Shown: piece after piece, positions 34,255 through 46,083 of the stretch | Position numbering within the stretch: position 1 is the stretch's first letter | Layout of the letters: each line of letters begins with the position of its first letter | Source of the DNA: Selaginella moellendorffii | Taxonomy: Eukaryota; Plantae; Lycopodiophyta | Length of the DNA stretch: 64,000 bases | Direction of reading: 5' to 3' | NCBI RefSeq assembly: GCF_000143415.4 | Contig: NW_003314305.1 | Coordinates: forward strand, 236,139 to 300,138 | The notes under the pieces: model-generated | What the model saw: only the letters and a program-made list of their open reading frames with translations | Told to the model about the DNA's origin: nothing | Database searches by the model: none | Position numbers and translations under genes: made by a program

Positions 34255-37200
34255 TTAGAATCTGAAGAGCGGCTTGTCCTTCTCTTTGGATATCTTGGCT
34301 TCCTCTTCGGCTTTGATCTCCTCTAGTTCGAGCCTCAACCTCTCCAGTTCCAGCTCCTTCAACCGGACGTGGCCATCCAAGTCCGGGCAGTGGTGCTGTG
34401 GTGCTCGAGGTGGATGGATCGGTATCATCCCGGAGAAGTCCTTGCCCGAGTAGAAACTGGGCCTCTGGACGTAGTCACCACCCTCGCGCTTGGTACTGTA
34501 AGCCTCCTGCAGCGCCTCCACCAAGATCTTGGTCTCCATTCCCTGCTCGGACTTCCCCAGCACGTTTAGATCCGACGCCGTGTCCGTGGACTTGCGGTTT
34601 GGATCCAGGCACGCATTGCCGATGTAGCGGATGAACTTCTCCACGCGTGCTATCTCCGCCTTGACGAGGATGGACGCCTCCACAAACGGGCGGATAGTCT
34701 CGTTGTAACTCTTCACCGCCGCCACCTTTGCCTTGTGTTCCAGCAGAGCCTCCTGGAAAGCCTCCGAGTTCTTGGCATTCACCTCCAGCGAGAGCTTCTC
34801 GTGTTCTTCTTTCGCCCGTGTTACATCCGTCTCGTAGTCGACCTCCGCCTGTGCGCAGGCCGCCTTCCACTGGATCTTCTTCACCCTCGTCACCTCCTCG
34901 TTTTGAGCTTCCACCTCGGCCTTTTTCTTGAGCATCGCTGCTATCTGACTGGCGCGCCTCATGTTCTCCTCGTGAACGAACTTGGATTGCCGCTCGTACT
35001 CCTCCACTGCGGCCTTTGCAATCGCCATGTTCTCGGCAGCCACTGCCTCGCACGCCAGCTTCCAGTTCGCCCTTGCGCGCTCCTCGGTCTCCTGGTTGAG
35101 CTTGGCAAACTTCTTGGACTGTGCCTCGTGCTCCGCCATGGCTGCTGCTAGCTCTGCTTTGTAAGTCGACAGTGTCTTCTCCTTGTTCTCTTTGAGGTCT
35201 TGGATCTTCTGTTTGAGAGCCGCTACTCGTCGAGCGTTTTCCAGCTTTACTTTGTCGTAGGTGCTCTGGAATGCGTCCTCCGACTCCTTTTTGATGCGCG
35301 CGTTCTCCGACTCGATGTACGCCACCCTCGCTGCGTGATCCGCGTGAGCTTTTTCTGTTGTTTCTTTGTTCGTCTGAGTGATCTCGGCCACCATTTTTGC
35401 GTGGTTCTCCTGGTTGATCCTGTTCCTGGTCGCGACTGTCTCTTCCATCTCCTTCTGCTGCCTCTCGGTCTCCTTGACTTTAAACTCGAATGCTGTTTTC
35501 TTCTTGAGACAATCGACCTCGTACTCTTCCATTGCTTGCTTCAGACTGAGCGCGTTCATTTCCTCCACCCATTTCACGTCCTTCTCGTACTGCTTTTTGG
35601 CCTCGGCTACCAGCCTTGCGTTCTCTTCGTCAATGTGCTTCACCTGGCGCTTCCATTTCTCGATTTCTTCTACAGCGCGTTGATTCAGCTGCTCGACACG
35701 CCGGCACTCCTCCAACCACTTCTCCCTGGCAAAGTCGTGCAGTACCATGTTCCTTGCAATGATATCTTTGCAGCCGTCCTCGTACTTCCTCTTGGCAGCC
35801 GCTAGCAATGCTTCGTTTTCTTCGTCAATTGACTTTATAAGCGCCTCGTAGTCCTCCTCCATTTTCTTCTGATTCTTCTGATAAGCTGCTAGCCGAGGTG
35901 CGTTTCTTTCCTTGTCGTAACGTAGCCTCACTTTCTCCTCAAGGTCGTGTATCGTCTCAACCATACCACGAACGATGTTCCTCCGTTGCTCGCCTTCTAT
36001 GATGGATTTAGCCCACAGCATGTCTTCCAGAGCCACCCCTGACACTGGCGGCGGTTTTGTTGCCCAATTCCGGTCGACATGTCTTACAACGCCTCCAGTT
36101 AGCTCGGAGATCCTCTGCAGGAAACGTTCTCCATACTTCGTCGTCCCCAATCCAACTGTGTACAGGGGGGTGACAGCGCCTTGCATCTTTAGAAGCTTCT
36201 TGATTTGTTGCATCACCTGAGACAATGACAATAGTTAATGTCAAATAAACTTCTAAAGCAACAAATGAGAAACCATACCAGAACAGGCTTGTCTGGCTTT
36301 CCATCAGTGAGAAGATATATGCAATCACAAAAGCTCCGACTAAAAGAAACATCGAGAGCCTTCAGCAGATTCGTTGGGCCTCCTGCTCCCCAACGCAATG
36401 CCCAGTTCAGCGCCTCCTCAAGGCTGGCAGGCGTTTTCTCTATCATTGCCTGCCTGAATGTTCCCTTGCGTTTAGCAGAATGACAGAAAAATACCATTTC
36501 TCACCTCCTGAGGACTCCAGAACCGGGGTGACGCAGTGTTTCTGGTGTTTTGTTTGTACAGCCTGTAGTTCTCCATGGAAGCGTAACTCCAGGCATCAAA
36601 CGAGTACATGATAATGTCGAAATGCGTTGCTGCTATGGCAACCTGCAAAACATCAGCAAACTCAGTAACTAACTTGATCAAAAGCCAATGTGTGACATAC
36701 TCACCTGGCCCCTGGGAGAAAAAACCGCAGTCAGGATGTCATGAGCCATTTTCATACCTCCTTTAGCCATGGTTCCACTGGCGTCTATAAGGAATATAGG
36801 CCTCTGTCCAGCAAGATATCCTATAGGATCCGGAGCTGGAGGAGGCTTCCATGGAGGCAACACGAGCGGAGGTGGTGGAACGTAAGCTGGCCTTACTTTC
36901 AATGCGGGAGGATGGAATTCTGGAAGTGGCTCGCCTACAGGTGGTAGGAAAACGGGTTCGGGTTTCAACACTAGAGGTAGAGGATAAGGTGACTCTGGAT
37001 AAGGAAGGAGGGCTCTCGGCTTGGCTTGACAAGGCTTGCCTTTCCTAGCATACATGTCGACATTTGGCATGCACTTCCCCTCGCAACAACAGGGACCAAA
37101 GCTCTCGTCGACAGCATAGTAGGCTTTTTCACAAGGCCGAGGTTCAGGAATCGGAGCAACAAATGGCGGAAGAGCCTCCATAACTGGCATCGGTAAAACT

Positions 37201-38566
37201 GGAACCTTCATAGGAATTGGAGCACTCGGGAAGTCGAGAAGTTTGGGTTCCACCCATTGAGGCAAAGGAAGTTTCTCAGGGGCATAGTAAGTTGGCAGAG
37301 GATCTTCCTTGTATAAGGTTCTGTCGATGCTGTTTTCATCTTCCAGAAAGATTGGCTGAGGCGGAATTTTCAAAGGTGAGACGCGGAGAGGGGGTGGCAA
37401 ATCAAGAGCAGGAAGTTCTTTGGGAACAGGGGCTTCAAAGACCGGGAGCTCAAGGCTAGGACCAATCCCCTCGGATTCTTCGGTTGGAATGGAAAAAAGG
37501 CCGTCTATGGGATACAGCTGTGGCAGAGGCTTCATTTCTGGAGGCTCAAACTCGGGTAGGATTTGTTGCTCTGGCGGACTGAAAATAGGCAGATCCTGTA
37601 AAAATGAAAAGCATTGAACCACGAGTAACAAAGAGTTGTTTACGTACCTTGTAATGCGTGTTGACAATCTTGCTTCTGAGGTGTGTCAGCAGCTTCCGTA
37701 GCTCTTGAACCAAGTAGCTCAAGGGAACGCTGTAAGAACCATGAACTTGTCGGCCATCGGGGAAAAGGAAGTGACCAAAAGCATTCTCACAATACTTTGC
37801 GTGGATGTGCTTATCAACCTGTGACATAAAGCAAGCACTGAACCATATGTAAAGCAAGCCAGAAAAAAAAACAACGATCTAACCTGCGACACATCCGCAT
37901 GCGAATGGTCAAAATAAACCCATTTTGCCAGCAGCACGTCCATCAAGGTTTCAGGAATTTTCTTCTGCCTACTTTTGCGTGTCTGCATCACATGCTGTCG
38001 ATCAGCCCGCTGCATAGATAACATAAAAGAACTAGAGAAAAGAAACGTACCTTTGGAGCATCATCCTCAAGTGCTTTATCATCCTCGTCAGGATAGACCC
38101 TGGTGTCAGGCTTCTGTGGCTTACGTCCTGGCTTTCCTTTTCCCTTGGACTTTAGCTTCTTCTCGAGCTTGTGATCAATGTGGTCGGCCAGTGCTTCCTG
38201 TCCCTTGCAACACGGCCCTTGACGGCCCCAGAGTGCTTGCACCAATTCCTGTGGAAGCTCTCCCTTCCTGGCCATTCCCATCTTAACCTCCGAGGCAACG
38301 TCACGCATTTGCACCGACAGCCAACTCCAGCCTTTGTCCGACTTCGTGAGAAAACGCATGCGTTTCGCCTTTGAAACCTTGGAGTGATGGTGGTGCTGTG
38401 GGCTCTTGGGCAACGGAGACGCTTGAGCTTCGTGTGATCTTGCCCGTGAGCCACCACGCTGAAGCTCTCCTCTTGCACGGGCATATCCATACTTTGGCTG
38501 CTTGATGTTCTCCATGCTCGTTCGAGTTGGACAGCCATTGCGCCCGAGTGAAGCACTGTTGGTCAT
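34255..38566 (-). CDS. Large protein: basic N-terminus, proline-rich repeats, vWA domain and long helical repeat region (~7 exons)
   Basis: vWA motifs IFLIDASGTM, GGPTNL, IYLLTDGKPD, LYTVGLG and FLQRISELTGG are spread over GT-AG exons; Pro-rich exon ~37597-36705; helical exon ~36218-34255. Start uncertain. Confidence 0.8.
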
Positions 38567-39310
38567 CCTACATACGTCCTAACAGGGATTTCTTCATCGT
38601 CCTGTCAAGAACACAACAAGGAAACTTGCATAAGCATATGATACAGAGAAAGAAGCAAGGGTTCCAAATCTCTCTCACCTGACATGCTGGACAATGCTCC
38701 ATGCCATTCCCTACGCCGCATTGCGGATTCCCTCTCATCCTAGACAACAATCCCTCAGTGGCGCTGCTAGAGGGAGACCAGATCAAGACATCGCCCCAGG
38801 GTTTCGCAACGATCTTACCTCAGCGCGCGCTGCGGATTATCGCACCCTAAACTCGTCCCCATCACCGACATCGCGCCCGCACAGCCAGGCGCTATCCATT
38901 CCCTCGATCATCAAAACCTAAAACCCTCTTCCCTTCTCTCTCGCACCACCCTTCCCAGACCTAAAATTCAAAAAAGAACCTTCATTAGCATATACCAGTG
39001 GATAAAGTATACGCTTATAAATTTAACTGATGACGTGGGGCATTAAGTAGATGGTGGCGTGGCATTTTAGCGGGTGACGTGGTATTAGCATATACTATAG
39101 TGCCGTGGCACTTGAAAATAAAATTTAAGAGTTCCACTCCAAGGAAGATCTCGCCAATCCATGAACAGTGCCACCACGAGAGCTGTGAACACGACCAGAG
39201 CGATTCTCCCATCAAAGTCAAGCTTTTCTTTACCGTGACTTCCAAGTCGATGGGTTCCTCCTGTCAGATCGTGTCCCCGAGCGAGGAGGCCTCTGTCATC
39301 AATAGCGCGA

Positions 39311-40761
39311 TCACGACGCCTTCTCGGCCTCGGGCTCCTCAACCAGCGCCTTGAAAATGCCCAGCTTCTCCACCTGTTGGAGCGCCTTCCCCACATCCCC
39401 AAGCCTCACCGTCTGGGAGATGACCGAGTCCCAAGGCAGATCGACGTGCTTGGCCATGAGCTGGACTCCCTTGTAAAAGTGGCTAAAGTCCGACCCCCAG
39501 CACCCTTTCACCGTGAGATGCTTCCGGTTGATGAGGTGATGGGGATTGACGACAGCGTCTCCGTTGTTCGTGTACTGCCCCACCACAACGTAAGTCCCAC
39601 CGTCTCGGCAGAAGCTCATCCCCTCGGGAATGGCCTCGGGCCGTCCAGTCACTTCAATCACCACGTCCGCCATTCGGCCGTTTGTCAAATCCCGCACTAT
39701 AGCCACTCTCTCACTTGGTGCCGCTTTCTGGAGGAGACAGGAAAATCATTAATCACAGATGTTGTTTCTGTGGTTACTTTTCTCACCTCGATGTTTACTG
39801 TAGAGTCAATCCCGAATCTCTTCACTACTTCCAAGCGATGTTCCGGAGCCCCCGTCACGATCACCTGTGATGCCATCGGGATTTTTATGATGGGCTCGAA
39901 ATGGAGGGTGGAGCTTGAAAGTACCTGGAATGCTCCACTCAGACGTGCCAGGAGAGCTGCCAGCAAGCCAACGGGGCCGGATCCTTGGACTAGAACACGG
40001 TCCATGAGCTTGATACCAGCTCGCTCGATCGCATGCAAAGCAGTCGGCAGCCTATCCAGCAGCACATCCACGAGTCAAAAGTTACAGCGAAAAGGACAAG
40101 AGCGTACCCGCATCCTCCAGCCATGAAGACCCGAGGAGGAAGAACTTCTGGCAAACGTATGATTTTGGTATTGGGAGGAAGATAAATGTGAGAAGACCAG
40201 CCACCTAACAGGCCTTTTACGTCGCGAGGATCCGCACGGCAAGTGATTCCCAGGACACGTCTTTTCGGACAGCGAGTGGATTCTTTGTCCACCTGGAAGA
40301 GCAATAGAACAGCGAGCACCAAAAAAATACGAATGGGGATACAAACAAAAGGAAAAGAAAAAATGTACCAGGCATGAAACGCAAGAATTGCAAGTGTCGA
40401 TCACATCCAGGTAAGTGACCACTGCTCCCTCTTCTATCTGATAGCCCAAAAGATTAGCAAAAATCATCGCAAATAACAAGAATGCAGGTGAAAAATCAGT
40501 GGTTACCTGGATTCCATCCACGTCCCTGACCGAGCCAACCATGGCCACGACTCGCCCCACAGCAACATGCCCGGGGATGATCGGATAGGGCACGGTATCA
40601 AGGCGGCGATGCTTGAGATGAACGTCAGTGCCACATACCTCGGCCGCGATCATCCGCAGCAGCACCGAGCCGGATTCCATGTCGCCGCTGCTGATCCTGG
40701 AGCGCTCCAGCGCCAGGGCGCCATCGCCGTGGAGCAAGATGCACGTGTTCTCGAGAATCAT
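39311..40761 (-). CDS. Zinc-dependent medium-chain dehydrogenase/reductase (MDR), multi-exon
   Basis: VCGTDVH, PIIPGHV, structural-Zn C..C..C.......C, GCG|LPTALHA, GSGPVG Rossmann motif, ADVVIEVTG. Confidence 0.9.
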
Positions 40762-41299
40762 TTCAATAAACCCTAAAATATTTGCGGATATTCGGGGTTT
40801 TGGCAGCGCATCTTTTTGAAAGGGGCTTTTAGGGCAAGTTGCCGCCAAATCTATCGGCACCGACAAGTGCTCCACATTTGTCAAGCAGTGCGTGTAAATT
40901 TATATGGTTTGTGGCACCATCACCTAGGAGGCTTGTACGGCGGCGAGCGAATATCCGCCTCTTCTCTCTCGGTCAGATGGGACATTTTCCGTCCTAGACG
41001 AAGCTCTCGCTCTTTCTTTCTCTCCCCCTCCAGGCGCTAGGTTTTCGAGAAAGAAAGAATTGATCGACGACGCGGCGCGCGATCGATCGCGCCGGTATGT
41101 CCATGGCATTCCATGCGTCGAGGCGCCGCGGCCAGCGCTAGCATCGCCGCTCGCAAGATCAAGATCGAGCAATGGTAGGTTATCCAGGGAGAATGTGAGT
41201 GGATTCCAGCTCCTAGATGTTGATTTGTGTGGAATCGTCATCGTTTCGCTGCTAGGATCTTCGTCGAGGACGATTTTTCGCCGTGTAGAACATGGATAG

Positions 41300-42296
41300 A
41301 TGGATTCTAACAAGGAGGACCACAACTATACCGGGAATCACTGGACCAGCAGCTACGCAGCAGCTCTAGTGAATTCATCCACCTCCAGCGATTATGGATC
41401 CGCGGTGGCGGTGAGTAGTAGTCTTCCCGAAGCGGTGGATTCCTTGCAGAATTTCGATGCTAGACTGCTCCAACAAATCAAGGCTCAGCATGCAGTAGAG
41501 TCCGGGCTACTCCAGCCTTGGCAGCTCCAAAGCATTAGGCCTCAAACTCGCTACGATCACCACCAGCACTACTACTTCCAGCTCGGTGGCAAGAGTTTGC
41601 AACCTCCAGTGAATCATCCAGCGGCTTCCCAGGCTCAACCGTTTGGATTTCCATTCCTTGAGACGCAGTTCCATGAGAACGAAACTACGTCATCATCGAT
41701 GCCAGCTCTGGGCGATGGCGGTGCTACCTCTTCAAGGCAAAGCTTGTATAGCTCACAGGGACGTGCAGCTCATGGAGCTCGAGGAGATCACCACGATCAA
41801 AACGCTCAAAGAGTTTCTTCCAGCTTCAAACAGATGAAGCCTCGATCCTACACGAAGGTAAGTGCAAATATCTTTCAAATTTCGTGGCTATGACGGGCTT
41901 GGGAGTTGCTTATGGATCGATTCATGATCCTAGGTATTGAAGCTGGGTTCCATTGGAAGGTCACTAAACATCGCAAGGTTTAACAGCTACGCAGAGCTGC
42001 GAAGCGAACTAGCCAGGATGTTTGGTCTCGAGGGTCAGCTGGATCAAAGCTCACACTGGCAGCTAGTTTACATGGACAATGACGGTGACATCCTTCTTGT
42101 AGGGGACGATCGCTGGGAGTAAGTTCTATAATCAGTTTCCAGAATTCTCACCCAAGCACTTTCCTTCAGGGAATTCGTGACCTCTGTCCGTGGCATTAGA
42201 ATCATCTCGCCATCCGAGGTTGCAATTTACACCAGCGAAGAGTACGCTGGAACACCGCTGTCGACTTGTCTAACTAAAACCCTCAACATGCCCTAA
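41300..42296 (+). CDS. ARF-type PB1 protein without B3 DNA-binding domain (non-canonical ARF-like); exons 41300-41857, 41934-42118, 42170-42296
   Basis: Q/S-rich region then [75 protein letters not shown]. No room for a DBD, since the divergent dehydrogenase starts ~540 bp upstream. Confidence 0.85.
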
Positions 42297-42349
42297 AATC
42301 ATAATTAAGAATATTCATATCACTTCTTATTGATTGTCATTAAAGCCCT

Positions 42350-45300
42350 TGTTGAGGATATCTATCTATACATTTTACATTAGATAGCAAAAATATGCTA
42401 TCAGTTAGAACGTGGTAACATTTGCTTCAAGCAACATGTCATATGGCCTTAGATTGAATGTTAGTGCCACCAATAGTGACACAAACCACAAGAATATTCT
42501 AAGAACATTTTATGGCTTATAAGGTTAAGAGGTTGGTTTAACCTTGTTTTTTTCATTGGTATTGAAGTAGTGTGTTCTTTTGGGGATGGCAAAAGGAGTG
42601 AGATATAAATTCTGATGAGGTGTACCTTAGAAATGATAGCAATGATAAGGAAAAAGAATTTTTTTATTGATGTCATTGTGCAACAAGGTCATTAAAGTTC
42701 AGAGTAACATTAAAGAGGTGAAGGATTCTATCAATCCCATTAAAGATTATTTATTTTACATAAACCTTTCAGGGTTGAATCAATTTCATATATGTGATTA
42801 TCATTGGTATGTTTAGCATGTTGAGGATTGTGGTATCATGGAATGAAAGTCATCACTAGATATTTGTGATAATTAGGAGGTTGTTTCTTGGTTGGTGAAA
42901 GTTATTGGTTTCACAGCCCTTCTAAAGATAAAATGAAAATTGCTTTTTTTGTGATGAAATTTATAAGCTATACTTTTTTGTGATGGAAGAATTACATTAA
43001 AGCTAATCCAAAGTCAACTTTTTAGAGTGATTTGACAAAAGTTTTCTATGCTTTGTTTGACAAAAAATTTAAAAGATTGATTTTGTGAACCAGCTGTTAG
43101 AGATTAAGTAAGGGACTTTGTCTTTGGATACATATGTTTGTAAGTTCCATGATCTTTGTGTTAGACACCTATAATGAGTTGCTAAAAGTGCAATGTTTCA
43201 TCAAAGGTTTAAGTTTAATGGATATGTAGTAGAAGGTTAAGAAGGATTTTCTAGCAATATTAATTAATGTTATCATTAAGGTTTAGATTTTTCTATGAAA
43301 ACTATCAATCAACTCTAGTTAACAGAATGGTCTACTAGGTAGTCAATGTGATGACCAACTAGCCAATACTTCATATTCAGGAGAAAAACAACTATTGTTA
43401 TGTCATAGTTTGAAGAATAAAGATAGCAATGAGGTTAAAAAGTTTATTTTGGATCAACAAAAGAAAAACAAGGTGAAGGGCAATAGGCAATTGTTTTTAT
43501 TGTTATAAGGCTAGATATCAAAGCAAGGATTATCCTTTTATGAAAGGATTAAAGAATGTTAAGTTAAATGTGGTGGAATCCATTATAGATATGGTTTAGG
43601 CATTTGCTATAGTGGCTCTTCCACACCTTGTAGTGAAAGTTCAGAAATTTAAATTTCAAGTTCATATCAACTCTATAGAGCTTGATAATTTTATATACAA
43701 TTAATTTGTGAAAGCCAAAAGGGACATTCAGGGTAGTGCAATTAATATTTTTTTCAATCTAAATATTACATACAACTTTTTGAGTTTCAAAGTGGTGAAG
43801 AAACTTGGTTTGCCTGTGGAAAAAAGCTTGGTAATATATAAGGTGGTTATAGTAATATGGATGTAGCATTCATGTTTATAGTGAATAGCCTCTGAATATT
43901 CCTTTAACAATTTAGGGGATTCTTGACCATCTTTCATTTCAGGTTATGGATCTTAGTCGCACATATGTTATTATTAGGAAGGAATAGTTTTATGACAAAA
44001 AACCAAGGATCAATTGGGAGTATAATGTTTTGCATATCAAATTTGGTGGCATTGTAAAAGAGATTATTAGGACAGTTAATAGTAATAATGTTTTGGAGTT
44101 GATGATATGCATGTATAAGATAATTAACTTTTTTATGGTGTACTCATTTTTTTTTAATATGATCATGTTTGATTTGAAGTACTTTGTGGGCATGGGGCTT
44201 ATTGTAAATTATAAATTTTTCCTTCCCAATTTGCTAACTTACTTCGTTTATTCAACCACCACGGCCTTGGCCTTAATTAAATTCCCTCGCCAAGGTTTCC
44301 GTTTATTGTACTAGTTTCTACTTAGTTTTAACAACTCACTACACGAGTAATAGAGTGTTAACCATCCATCCACAAATTCCTAAATTCTCTCCCAATCCCC
44401 CTCCCTGGGTTAGACTAAACTTAAGATTCGGCTACACTCCTCACAAAAATAAGTAGCCAAACACACCAAGCCTCCAAATTCTTAACATCCTTTGCTATAA
44501 CAAGATTTGATCATAAAACCTTCTAAATCCCAAACCTTGGGTGCAATATTTATTTCAGAACACTGAGTGAAAACATCATGGCCTAATGGCCTAATATGGT
44601 ACCCCTACTCCCCCAATTCCATCTCGAAGGGAAGGCCCAAACCTCTAAGAAAGGGTGAGGATTAATGAGCCATAAGGTACTCAAGTGGGGCACTACTCCA
44701 CATGAATTGGGAGCATCGCAATTGGTTTCCTTTTTGAGAGTGGGAACTACTCTTGAGCACTTCCTTAGGTGGCCTCTCTAACACCATCTAAGTATATGCT
44801 CACTCCCGTCTAAAGCTTCTAAGCCCTAGTCTCAACTTCAAGTCAGTTTGGAAGCACTATTGAAAAGTTCCTTCAAGACTGATTCCTAGACCTCACTATC
44901 CCTACCATACTTTTGGAACCCCTACAGCCCCCCTACACCCCCCCCATTATGTAACACATGCTTTAGGCTTTCATCCCATGACCTATATTAATATTTGGAC
45001 TTGGTCTTGAACTTGATCTTGAACTCGATCTTAGACTTGATCTCAAGTTTTTTCTCAGACTCAATTTACTATACTTTTGGAACCCCATATAACCCCTCCC
45101 CCCTTGGTAATACACACTTTAAGGTTTCATATAAACTTTACTCAAAGTTATCAAAGTGTGAGTTTTCTTAGAGGAGATTGGATATTTTAGGCATTTGATT
45201 TTAATGCATAGAGTGAGAGTTGATTTCGCAAAGATCCAAGTTGTGATTGATATAATCTTTGTAGTTTCTTTGGTATGGTTAGAGTTTTTCAATGCCTTAT

Positions 45301-46083
45301 AAAGAACTTTTCAAAGATAATGCTCCCTTGACCGATCTTTTCTAGAATATATCGAAATATATTACTATTCATGGTTGGGATGAGAAGTATCAAGTGGTGT
45401 TTTAGCGTTTGAAGTAGTGTTATATCTTTACTTTTGTGTTGAAGATTTTTTATCTAGAAAAACCTCTTGTGGTTGAGACAAATGTGAGTGATAGTTATTG
45501 GGGCCATCTTGCTTCAAGTTGGGCATCCTCATGCATATATGAGCCATAAGTTTAATGCTACACAATGGAATTGACCTACTTGAGACAAGGAGTTGTGTAT
45601 TATAATTGCTGCTATGAAAGAATGGAGACATTAATTGTATGGATCAGACTTCTATATGGATTCAAACCATCAATCTCTCTAATATTTTAGTTGTTAAAAA
45701 GATCTTCAAGGTTGCTTTGCTCATTAGTAAAAATTCTTGCAAAAAATGTTTGTTAAAATTTAATACAAGTATGGAGGTGATAATAAGGTGGTTGATGCAT
45801 TATCTAGGATGGTAAATTTTATCTCATTCATGAAATTATTTAGCAATCTCTTGGATGAACTTAAAGAGTTTGCTAACTTTGACTCCTTTATCATTGATAT
45901 TCACACAAAGGTTTTGTTAAATGACACCTCTACAAATTTGAAAAGTGATAAGTTTGTGTCATTCGAGATACAAAATGAAATCCTAATGAAGAAGGGATGT
46001 ATAATGGTTCCTCATGTTGACAAATTCATTAAACAAATTTTGGTTGAGTTTCATGATGTGCCAAGTGTTAGGCATCTAGGGGT
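42350..46083 (+). mobile_element. Old degenerate Ty3/gypsy retrotransposon (element A), 5' part
   Basis: Decayed zinc knuckle (~43492), RT end LYSKLSKCEF (~45135), RNase H IGAILLQ.GHP.AY.S (~45500), integrase EFHDVP...HLG. AT-rich with many stops; left boundary approximate. Confidence 0.8.
44240..45130 (-). mobile_element. Decayed LTR fragment related to the LTRs of elements B and C
   Basis: Two copies of the CTAC(C/T)ATACTTTTGGAACCCC motif and eroded CTCGGT/CTTGAT hexamer repeats; boundaries approximate. Confidence 0.6.
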
